DNA of 24,000 bases from Candidatus Faeciplasma sp. (GCA_048393055.1 DBFJJS010000013.1:77916-101915); one strand, 5' to 3'; counted from the first letter of the stretch, positions 15,559 through 23,382 are shown. The notes: generated by a model not told the origin, from the sequence alone. A program made the numbers and translations.

Positions 15559-17829
15559 TTACAGCTCGTTGCGCTTAATCTTTCCGCTGATGGTCTTGGG
15601 AAGCTCGTCGCGGAATTCGATAATTCTGGGATACTTATAAGGAGCAGTGTGGCTTTTTACATAAGCCTGTATCTCCTTTTTCAGCTCCTCGCTGGGCGTT
15701 GTTCCCTTTGTAAGGACTATTGCAGCCTTAACCACCTGACCTCTTATCTCGTCGGGCGCTCCGCATACTCCGCATTCCAAAATATACGGCAGCTCCATGA
15801 GCACGCTTTCAATCTCAAACGGACCTATCCTGTAGCCTGACGACTTGATAACATCGTCGATTCTCGAAACATAGTAGAAGTAGCCGTCCTCATCGCGCCA
15901 TGCCGTGTCGCAGGTGTGATACATTCCGTCGTGCCATACCTCAGAGGTTTTTTCAGGGTCGTTATAGTACTCCTTGAACAGCCCGCACGGCACTCCCTTA
16001 TCTGTGCGGATGACTATTTCTCCTACCTCGCCCGCGCCGCAGGACCTTCCCTCGCTGTCAACGATATCGACGTCGAACTGCGGGGTGGGCTTGCCCATCG
16101 AGCCGAGCTTCGGAGCCGTTCCGTTGAGGTTGGCGATGATAAGGGTGGTCTCCGTCTGACCGAAGCCCTCCATGATCTCAAGCCCTGTGCTCTCGGCAAA
16201 CTGCTTTGAAACCTCCGGGTTTAAAGCCTCTCCGGCGGTAGTCATATTTTTTATGGAGGACAAATCGTACTTTGAAAGGTCCTCTTTAATCATCATTCTG
16301 AGCATTGTGGGAGGCGCGCAGAAGGTGGTTATATTGTACTTTGCAAACATGGGAAGGATATCGTGAGCGTCGAATTTATCAAAATCGTATACAAATACCG
16401 CGCCCTCGCAAAGCCACTGACCATAGAGCTTGCCCCACAGCGACTTTCCCCAGCCTGTATCGGAAATCGTAAGGTGAAGCCCGTCCCTCTGGCAGCAGTG
16501 CCAGTACTTCGCGGTCACATAATGACCCAGCGCATAGGTGTGCGCATGCTCCGCCATCTTGGGATTTCCGGTTGTTCCCGAGGTGAAGAACATCAGCGCG
16601 GCGTCCGAGCCGCAGGAGCAGTCGCCGGGACGCTCAAACTTACCCGTAAAGAGCGAATACTCGCTGTTAAAATCATGCCAGCCCTCGCGAGCCCCGTTCA
16701 CCATTATAAGCTGCTTTACGCTCGGGCACTTTTTCGCCGCCCTTTGCGCAATTTCGGCAGTATCTCCGTCCGCTGTGCAGACCAGCGCGGAAACTCCGGC
16801 GGCGTTGAAGCGGTATTCAAAGTCATGCTCCTTGAGCTGATTTGTTGCGGGGATGGCAATTGCCCCGAGCTTGTGAAGCGCTATCATGCAGAACCAGAAC
16901 TGATAATGCCTCTTTAAAACGAGCATTACGCGGTCGCCCTTCTTTATGCCGAGCGATTTAAAATAATTAGCCGTCTGATTGGACGCGCGCTTTATATCCT
17001 TAAAGGTAAATCTTCTTTCCTCATGGTTTTTGCTGATATGAAGCATAGCCAGCTTGTCGGGGTATTTGTCCGCGATGGCGTCTACAATGTCAAACCCGAA
17101 ATTAAAGGTCTCGGTATTTTTAAAATGGATTTTCTTGAGATGACCGTGCTCATCCTCGACCGCGTCTATAAACTTTTCGCAGCATATGAGCTTTTCGGAC
17201 CTGCCCGCCTGTATAACGTTTTCACGGACTACCTCCTCCTTGGTCTCCTCGCCTGGAAGCACTACGGCAACAAAGGTGCAGTCCGTTCCGTCTACAGCTA
17301 TCATGCCGTGAGGAGTAGCTGAATTGTAGTAAATGCTGTCACCCTCGTGCAGAACCTCAGTGTGCTCGCCGACCTGAACCTTCAGGCTTCCGCTTATGAC
17401 AAGGTCAAATTCCTGCCCGCTGTGCGTTGTAAGGTGGATAGGCTGGTTCTGCTGCGCCGCCGAATACTCGTATTTGACCCAGTACGGCTCCGCAATCTTG
17501 CCCTTAAACTTGGGCGCAAGGTTGGAGATGTCTATTCCCTGCTCCTTCGCCGTCTTTTGACCCATTCCCTTTCTGGTCACTGTATATGAGGTTAGCCTTT
17601 GCTCGTTGTTTCCCTCGATAAGGTCGGTAAGGTCTATGTCGAACGCGAGCGCGCATTTATGTATGAACGTAAACGGCAGGTCTGCCTCGGCAGCCTCGTA
17701 TTTAAGATACTCCTGCTCGCTCACCTCTGTTTTTTCCGCCATCTGCCTGGGCGTCCAGCCCATGATCTCGCGCATGCCCCTGATACGGGTCGCAATATCA
17801 ACCAGTCTTGTCTGCGAATTTGTCGCCAT
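15559..17829 (-). CDS. Fusion protein: XRE-family HTH + cupin + AMP-forming (medium/short-chain) acyl-CoA synthetase
   Basis: One uninterrupted ORF. The ATG at 17829 has AAAGGAAG 7 nt upstream; the track start at 17847 lies inside that SD. HTH is about aa 9-71 (17617-17805). Cupin is about aa 105-191 (17257-17517), with THSGQEFDLVISG and GDSIYYNSATPHG. The adenylate-forming domain is about aa 215-756 (15562-17187), with FFTSGTTGNPK, GFGQTETT, YHTCDTAWRDEDGYFYYVSRIDDVIKSSGYRIGPFEIES and PKTISGKIKR. Confidence 0.85.
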   Translation of the reverse strand: MATNSQTRLVDIATRIRGMREIMGWTPRQMAEKTEVSEQEYLKYEAAEADLPFTFIHKCALAFDIDLTDLIEGNNEQRLTSYTVTRKGMGQKTAKEQGIDISNLAPKFKGKIAEPYWVKYEYSAAQQNQPIHLTTHSGQEFDLVISGSLKVQVGEHTEVLHEGDSIYYNSATPHGMIAVDGTDCTFVAVVLPGEETKEEVVRENVIQAGRSEKLICCEKFIDAVEDEHGHLKKIHFKNTETFNFGFDIVDAIADKYPDKLAMLHISKNHEERRFTFKDIKRASNQTANYFKSLGIKKGDRVMLVLKRHYQFWFCMIALHKLGAIAIPATNQLKEHDFEYRFNAAGVSALVCTADGDTAEIAQRAAKKCPSVKQLIMVNGAREGWHDFNSEYSLFTGKFERPGDCSCGSDAALMFFTSGTTGNPKMAEHAHTYALGHYVTAKYWHCCQRDGLHLTISDTGWGKSLWGKLYGQWLCEGAVFVYDFDKFDAHDILPMFAKYNITTFCAPPTMLRMMIKEDLSKYDLSSIKNMTTAGEALNPEVSKQFAESTGLEIMEGFGQTETTLIIANLNGTAPKLGSMGKPTPQFDVDIVDSEGRSCGAGEVGEIVIRTDKGVPCGLFKEYYNDPEKTSEVWHDGMYHTCDTAWRDEDGYFYYVSRIDDVIKSSGYRIGPFEIESVLMELPYILECGVCGAPDEIRGQVVKAAIVLTKGTTPSEELKKEIQAYVKSHTAPYKYPRIIEFRDELPKTISGKIKRNEL

Positions 17830-17849
17830 GGTGCATCTTCCTTTCAAAT

Positions 17850-18155
17850 ATCACATAAAATCGCAACAAAAAGGCCCGTCTCAAATCCAAACGCCTGTGT
17901 TGCGTTCAAATACTTGAGACGAGCCGAATATTTTGACCCGCGGTACCACTCAAATTGCGCTAAAAAGCGCCGCTCAGACTCTAACAAGCCTTATACATTA
18001 ACGCAGTAATCACGTAAGACGCCTACCCGCCCGAGGGCGATCGGATCTTATGCTCGGAAGTGATGGGATTATCTTAACATCTGCCGGCTTCCACCATTTC
18101 CGGCTCGCTGAAAAATGCCGCTCAAGATTCTCCGTCTTCGTCATCGCATTTATTG
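17850..18155 (-). promoter_or_regulatory. T-box riboswitch leader, apparent specifier AUC (isoleucine)
   Basis: On the minus strand the Stem I base is GCGAUGACGAAG...CUUCCGAGCA (K-turn/GA motif). There is an AG bulge AGCGAG and a distal loop UGGUGGAA. The specifier position reads CCC-AUC-A-CUUCCGAGCA (codon at 18062-18064). Stem III is GCGCUUUUUAGCGC. The T-box motif AAUUUGAGUGGUACCGCGG lies at 17938-17956, with UGGU matching an A73 discriminator. A terminator/antiterminator alternative follows. Confidence 0.85.
17865..17925 (-). terminator. T-box terminator hairpin
   Basis: Minus-strand RNA reads GGCUCGUCUCAAGUAUUUGAACGC-AACACAG-GCGUUUGGAUUUGAGACGGGCC followed by UUUUU. Its 5' arm (CUCAAG) can also pair with UUGAG in the T-box motif to form the antiterminator. 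Confidence 0.8.
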
Positions 18156-18161
18156 TTCACA

Positions 18162-18190
18162 ATTATAGCATTGTGTTTTTTGATTGTCAA
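18162..18190 (-). promoter_or_regulatory. Perfect-consensus sigma-A promoter driving the T-box leader
   Basis: Minus strand reads TTGACA (18185-18190), 17-nt spacer, TGc-TATAAT (18162-18167). Confidence 0.7.
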
Positions 18191-18219
18191 GCCGTCGTTT
18201 GCAACAATAATTTAGCGAG

Positions 18220-19056
18220 TTAGTACGGCAGTGCTGTGCAGTTTTCACGCTGCTCCAATCCCAGCCTGAATATCCTGTTTGCATTTTTAAAAAATATAAG
18301 CTCCAGCTCTTCCTCCGTCAGGCCAAGGCTGCGAACCCTTTCGATCTCTTTGACGGGATTCCACATCGGAAAGTCCGTGCCGAAAAGCACACGCCCCGCG
18401 CCGTAGCTGCGGATTATCTCGACGGCCCTTTGAGGCGCCATTGCATACAGGCTTGAAGAGCAGTCCACATAAAAATTGTCATACCCGCAAAGGCGGCTGC
18501 ACGCCTCGTCCCACACCGAATATCCGCCAAGGTGCGCACCTATGACAGTAAGGTTCTTAAATATCTCCACCACAGGCTGAAGGCGGTTGGGGTTTGACAT
18601 ATCAAACCTTGAATCGCCAGCGTGCACAAGGACAGGCAGACCGTTTTGCTCACACAACTCATATATTTTAAGGCAGCGGTAATCGTCAAGCTTAAAGCCC
18701 TGTATGTCCGGGTGGAGCTTTACCCCCTTGAGCCCAAGCTCAATAAGGCGGCTCACATCGCCCCGTATGTCCGGGCTGTTTGGATGAAGCGTGCCCAGCC
18801 CCGCGAAAAAACCGCTGTCCGATTCTGCGGTAGAGGCGATAAACTCGTTTATCGAGCTTGTCTGAGACGGCTTTGTGGCGACGGAAAATATAATCGCTTT
18901 CGTTATTCCCGCCTGAGATGCAAGAGTTTTTACCGTACTCACCCTTCCGTCGTACCTGACCGGCATATTATAAAATCTGCTTATGCCGTCGGACGCCTTT
19001 TGGGCTATGCTGTCAGGGTACACATGGCAGTGACAGTCGACAATAATGCTTTTCAT
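18220..19056 (-). CDS. Metal-dependent TIM-barrel hydrolase (amidohydrolase_2-like)
   Basis: MKSIIVDCHCHVYP supplies the HxH metal ligands, with VKLHP, VLVHAG and LFGTDFP also present. I prefer the ATG at 19056, 14 nt after the GH115 stop. The track start at 19092 would overlap GH115. Confidence 0.8.
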   Translation of the reverse strand: MKSIIVDCHCHVYPDSIAQKASDGISRFYNMPVRYDGRVSTVKTLASQAGITKAIIFSVATKPSQTSSINEFIASTAESDSGFFAGLGTLHPNSPDIRGDVSRLIELGLKGVKLHPDIQGFKLDDYRCLKIYELCEQNGLPVLVHAGDSRFDMSNPNRLQPVVEIFKNLTVIGAHLGGYSVWDEACSRLCGYDNFYVDCSSSLYAMAPQRAVEIIRSYGAGRVLFGTDFPMWNPVKEIERVRSLGLTEEELELIFFKNANRIFRLGLEQRENCTALPY

Positions 19057-19070
19057 ATGGTTTTGCGCCT

Positions 19071-22000
19071 TCAATCGTTTACAATGAGCCACGGAGCGTC
19101 CTTTTGCACAGGCTCTCCCATGAAGCTGTCGTATGTCGGCTTGGGACCGATAAGAGACGGCTCGAGCTTAAGGCTTGAATCCATGATTACAAGCTTTTGC
19201 ACCACCGCGTTCTGGTCCATGCCCCACAGCCTGAGGGTATGGCAGCCCTTTGAAAGGCTCAGCGTTGTCTGCGCGCGCCTGCCGCCCTGCTCGATTGTCG
19301 CGTACCAGCTTCCGCTGACGCCGGAAATATATCCCTCGCCCTGAACGTTGAGCGCGTCTATTTCCCCACCGTCGAGCTGCACGCCGACGTTCAGGTGAGT
19401 TCCGTTGTCAAAGGAGACATTGTTGCCCTGACCGACGTACAAAATAAGATTGTAATCGCCGTCCTTCGGGATTACCATATTGTAATCCACCCACGGTCCT
19501 TTTCCCGCTTTAAAAGGCTCGGTGCAGGTTTTGAGCATCTTAAGAGAAGCCCTTGATTTGCCGTAGCCCTCGAGGACTGTCCAGCTTACGCCGCAGCTTT
19601 CCGATTTGGCGGCATATCCGTCCGCCCGTACACACATTATGCCGTTTGACATAAAGTGAGCTTTGTCCCTGCCGGCAGCGTGAACGTCAACAAGCTTGAC
19701 GTTAAACCTGATGTCCACCCGTTTGTCTGACGAACGCACTATAATAGTGCCGGATGTGTTCTCCCTGACGCGGCTCCAGTCTATTTTTACCGCAAAGCTC
19801 TTCGCGGCAAGGCACTCGCCCTTCGTTTCGCCGTCTATTATAACAAAGTCCTCGAACGCCTCGACGGTATACTCAAACGGCTTATCCGAGCCGTTGGTTA
19901 TGTTTACGACATACGCCTGCTTTTCGCTCGACTCAAAGTCGGGAAGTAAAACCTCTCCGTCCAAAACGCCTTCCGCAATCCCCGGCACATCGACGATAAG
20001 CCTTGGGTTCTTACACGGCTCGATGCGCTTTGGCACAAGCTTTATTGCGGACTGACCGTTCCAGCTCGAATAGTTCATATGCGCCTGGGCGGTGACTCGA
20101 CCGAGTATCGGGTCGGTATACTGCTTGCAGTAGTCTGGCGACGCGATCATCATGCCGTACCACTTGTTCACGCCGTTTAAGCTTTCACCCATGGCGTTAT
20201 ACCTGTCGGTAAGCTCTTCGTCGAGCGCCAGATACCGCTCCACAAGCCCGGCATAGGTGTTTGCAAGGACAGAGCCTCTTTGAGCGTAAAGCTCGTTAAG
20301 ACCAAACATTATCTGTATCCTTACGACGTTAGCGGAAGCCACCGCCGGGTAATATACAAGCTGATAAAACTGCTCGTACCGGCAGGAGTTCTCGCCTATT
20401 TTTTCTGCAATTGCGTCGCAGCGGGAAATTATGCTTTCACAGAGCTTCAGGCGGTCCGCCGCGTCATCGTAGTTTAAAATGCTGTAGCTGCAGTCGCCGG
20501 AGCTTTTAAGCGTTTCCGGCTTGCATACTCCGTTGAGCCAGGTGTAATCGTCCAAAATCGAGCATATTGCGTCCATATCGGAATCATCAAGCTTAGATTC
20601 CGCGCCGAACTGGCTTCTCACCCATTCACTCACGTACTTTTCGGTGTTATTGGGATTTGAAATTCCGTATTTCTCAAAATCATAGGCAAGGTCCATAAAG
20701 TAACTGAGCGGCAGCTCCATCGGTCTTAGGTCTCCGACGTTTACTATCCACGCGTCGTCAACGCCGTACTCATAAGCCTGCGTAAGATTCTCCCATGAGC
20801 GCTGAAGCGGCATGGTGTTTATCCACATCGAGGTCTTCGGGCTTCCAACGTAGTCAAAGTGATAATAAAGTCCCCAGTTGTACTCGTTTTGCTGACCGAG
20901 CTCCGGCAGCGTGCGCAAATAGCCGTTGTTGTCCTCGCAGAGCATTACTATCCTGTTTGTCTGAGCGCCCAAAAGCCCCGCGACCTCCGGGTCGTCCCTG
21001 AGGCCGTTGCCCTTCGCCGCCTCGGGGTTTGCCCTTGAACCTCCGTACCAGCAGTTTTCAACCTCCTTGTACACAGCCAGAAGAAGCGGAGTGTCCTCAA
21101 GCCCGTGCTCGCCCAAAATCCTGTACTGCGTCCTTAAAACCGCCTTCAAAAGCTCGATATTGTCCTTAGTATCAAGGCTTTTGCCCTTTGCGTCTATAAG
21201 GACGGAGTCGTTCTCGCCCCTCATTCCTATTGTCAGAAGGTTATTAAAGCCCCCGTTGCGGTACACGGCGTCGCTCCAGAATGCCTCGATATTATTCGGA
21301 TTTAAAAGGTAATTCCACAGCTTCTGACCCTCGTCTGTTGGTATGGACGGGTCTCGGTAGGTTATTTTATCGCTCCAATAGCCCTGGAGCATTCCCCATT
21401 CGCCGCCGCTTCTTGCCATAGGCTCATGGTGGGAAGCGCCGACCGTTATGCCGTATCTGTCCGCCAAAACCGCATTGGCAAGCGTCATCGGATATTCCCC
21501 CGGCTTTAAATAGCCGGTTTTGTTCCCTTTGCCGTCGGTAACCGGCACATCTATCGGAGCGTTTTCATTTCCGGGCTGATCGCGGTACATAAGTCCGCCG
21601 AGCTTATAGTGATATTTTTTCTCAAGCTCGCAGAACCTGTCCGAATCTCCCACTCCCTCCATGCCGTCGCAGCTGAAGTTGTTCGACCACATCGCGGGCC
21701 ACATATAGTTTCCCTTCAGCCTGAGTATCAGCTTGAATATCTCGTCGTAGAACATATAATTGAGTCCGCCGAAATGGCTGTCGGCAAAGCCGTTTAAGCA
21801 GGGGTTCTCGTCGTTCATGAAGAAGCCTCTGAAGTTTACCGACGGTCTTTTAGAAACGCATTCCAGCTCGCTTATGCCCGCCTCGAGCTTATCGGTTTTT
21901 TTCGGCTTGATATCAGCCCACCATATCCAGGGGCTGACGCCGAATATGTCCTGAGTTATATGGAAAAGTCCATAATATACTCCCCTTTTATCAGAGCCGG

Positions 22001-22346
22001 CAACAATGACCTTGGTCCTTTTCCCGTCATGCCTGACCTTTATCTCATATCTTTCCCACTGCTCCGATTTAAACGAGCCGTTGCTTGGCCATATCTGCCA
22101 ATCAAGTCCCTCGTCCGCTATCGCCTTGTCGTCCACTACACCCGCCATTATATAAACGCCGAAGTCCGGCTCCTTTGTCACTACCTCTGGTCTTGCGCCG
22201 GTAAGAGCCTCTATATCGTCGCATATCGCCTCTGTGACAAGGCATAATCCGTCGTAGGCGGAGCCGCTTTTATCTATGTATATCGGCGCGGCTTCCTTAG
22301 ACGTCGCAAAAACAATTTTCATATCACTGTTACCTGCCATCTGCAT
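19071..22346 (-). CDS. Glycoside hydrolase family 115-like (xylan alpha-glucuronidase family), no signal peptide
   Basis: The 1091-aa product has FRGFFMNDENPCL...LILRLKGNYMWPAMW and later GASHHEPM and IGMRGEND, as in GH115. AGGAGG lies 8 nt upstream of the ATG at 22346. The N-terminus MQMAGNSDMKIVFATSKEAA is not hydrophobic. Confidence 0.8.
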   Translation of the reverse strand: MQMAGNSDMKIVFATSKEAAPIYIDKSGSAYDGLCLVTEAICDDIEALTGARPEVVTKEPDFGVYIMAGVVDDKAIADEGLDWQIWPSNGSFKSEQWERYEIKVRHDGKRTKVIVAGSDKRGVYYGLFHITQDIFGVSPWIWWADIKPKKTDKLEAGISELECVSKRPSVNFRGFFMNDENPCLNGFADSHFGGLNYMFYDEIFKLILRLKGNYMWPAMWSNNFSCDGMEGVGDSDRFCELEKKYHYKLGGLMYRDQPGNENAPIDVPVTDGKGNKTGYLKPGEYPMTLANAVLADRYGITVGASHHEPMARSGGEWGMLQGYWSDKITYRDPSIPTDEGQKLWNYLLNPNNIEAFWSDAVYRNGGFNNLLTIGMRGENDSVLIDAKGKSLDTKDNIELLKAVLRTQYRILGEHGLEDTPLLLAVYKEVENCWYGGSRANPEAAKGNGLRDDPEVAGLLGAQTNRIVMLCEDNNGYLRTLPELGQQNEYNWGLYYHFDYVGSPKTSMWINTMPLQRSWENLTQAYEYGVDDAWIVNVGDLRPMELPLSYFMDLAYDFEKYGISNPNNTEKYVSEWVRSQFGAESKLDDSDMDAICSILDDYTWLNGVCKPETLKSSGDCSYSILNYDDAADRLKLCESIISRCDAIAEKIGENSCRYEQFYQLVYYPAVASANVVRIQIMFGLNELYAQRGSVLANTYAGLVERYLALDEELTDRYNAMGESLNGVNKWYGMMIASPDYCKQYTDPILGRVTAQAHMNYSSWNGQSAIKLVPKRIEPCKNPRLIVDVPGIAEGVLDGEVLLPDFESSEKQAYVVNITNGSDKPFEYTVEAFEDFVIIDGETKGECLAAKSFAVKIDWSRVRENTSGTIIVRSSDKRVDIRFNVKLVDVHAAGRDKAHFMSNGIMCVRADGYAAKSESCGVSWTVLEGYGKSRASLKMLKTCTEPFKAGKGPWVDYNMVIPKDGDYNLILYVGQGNNVSFDNGTHLNVGVQLDGGEIDALNVQGEGYISGVSGSWYATIEQGGRRAQTTLSLSKGCHTLRLWGMDQNAVVQKLVIMDSSLKLEPSLIGPKPTYDSFMGEPVQKDAPWLIVND

Positions 22347-22398
22347 ATTTCCTGCCTCCTGCTGTCATATTAGCGGCATCAACCCGCCTTTTAAGTGT

Positions 22399-22427
22399 AT
22401 TATAGACTATACAGCCGTTGTTTACAA
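22399..22427 (-). promoter_or_regulatory. Putative sigma-A promoter for GH115
   Basis: Minus strand reads TTGTAA (22422-22427), 17-nt spacer, TATAAT (22399-22404). Confidence 0.5.
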
Positions 22428-22430
22428 GGA

Positions 22431-22545
22431 CAAAGCTTTAAAAACCCTCGCCGTTATCAGAAATAACGGCTGTATTTAATATATAAGAACAAAGCTTTAG
22501 AGCACTTGCCGTTATTCTAGAAATAACGGATGTATTTAAATACAT
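22431..22545. repeat. Two tandem copies of a roughly 59-bp unit, each containing a 21-bp palindrome
   Basis: CAAAGCTTTA occurs at 22431 and again at 22490. The palindromes are GCCGTTAT-cagaa-ATAACGGC (22450-22470) and CCGTTATT-ctaga-AATAACGG (22509-22529). Each is followed by (C/A)TGTATTTAA. Confidence 0.85.
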
Positions 22546-22547
22546 AA

Positions 22548-22575
22548 CGAAAAAGCGCGGCTAAGCGCCGCGCCC
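22548..22575 (-). terminator. Rho-independent terminator of the DUF975-like gene
   Basis: GCGCGGC (22555-22561) pairs with GCCGCGC (22567-22573). On the minus strand the stem is followed by TTTTT (22550-22554). Confidence 0.75.
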
Positions 22576-22595
22576 GATTGACATATTCATTAAAA

Positions 22596-23267
22596 TCACT
22601 GAACTACGTTAGTTCCCTCGCTCTGCTCACTGCTGCGATTTTCATAGAAGCTTGCCGAAACAAGTCCTAAGAATATCTGAGAAAGAGCAAGATACAAAAG
22701 CACAAACGCAAAAAGAATAATGCTGAACAGAATTCCTATATATGGGATTGACGCAAAAAGTCCCAAAACAAACACGCATACGGCAAAGCCGATATAAACG
22801 AACACGTCCGCCCAGAACATTCTGCCCTTAATGCCGTTTGTCATCTTCATGGACTCCTTGATGGCGTCTGTAGCGCCGATCTCGGGTCTTGTCATAAGAA
22901 TAAAGGGAGCAAACCTGTAGGAGTATGCCTTAATAATGGCAAAAACGATTCCAACTATCGGTATAAGACCCCAGATAAATATCCAAAGATACATCCATGC
23001 CATTCCTCCGGCGACATGCTTAAAGTTGTTGAAGCCAGTGAAAAGATCCTTCGAGCTTACCTCATTGCCCCTTAAGCCCTTGAGATACAGCATATACAAG
23101 CTCGCTTCAAGGGTAAACGTAAGCGGCAGGCTGATTATCGGTATCGCACCGAATATAGTTGCCAAAGCAATCAACAGGTTGCTCAAAAGCGACAATCCCC
23201 AAAGCAAAACGGGCTTTTTAGACAAAACAGCCATCGCAGCCTTATAATTTGATGTAATTGTATTCAT
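22596..23267 (-). CDS. Integral membrane protein, DUF975-like
   Basis: The 223-aa product has at least four hydrophobic helices. The central soluble loop (FILMTRPEIGATDAIKESMKMTNGIKGRMFW) resembles the DUF975 signature region. AGGGGGA is the SD. The family call is from memory only. Confidence 0.6.
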   Translation of the reverse strand: MNTITSNYKAAMAVLSKKPVLLWGLSLLSNLLIALATIFGAIPIISLPLTFTLEASLYMLYLKGLRGNEVSSKDLFTGFNNFKHVAGGMAWMYLWIFIWGLIPIVGIVFAIIKAYSYRFAPFILMTRPEIGATDAIKESMKMTNGIKGRMFWADVFVYIGFAVCVFVLGLFASIPYIGILFSIILFAFVLLYLALSQIFLGLVSASFYENRSSEQSEGTNVVQ

Positions 23268-23324
23268 AGCTTTTCCCCCTAAACGAATAATTATTTAGTC
23301 GGCCGATTATTTTTAGCCGTATCT

Positions 23325-23353
23325 ATTATATCATTTGAACGAATATGTGTCAA
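23325..23353 (-). promoter_or_regulatory. Perfect-consensus sigma-A promoter for the DUF975-like gene
   Basis: Minus strand reads TTGACA (23348-23353), 17-nt spacer, TATAAT (23325-23330). Confidence 0.65.
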
Positions 23354-23382
23354 TATAAGCTAAAGCAATAAAGCGATTATCA

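Noticed and set aside
22431-22545. CRISPR array
   Set aside because: There are only two repeat copies with conserved inter-repeat sequence, no cas genes and no spacer-like unique segments. It is reported as a tandem regulatory-type repeat instead.
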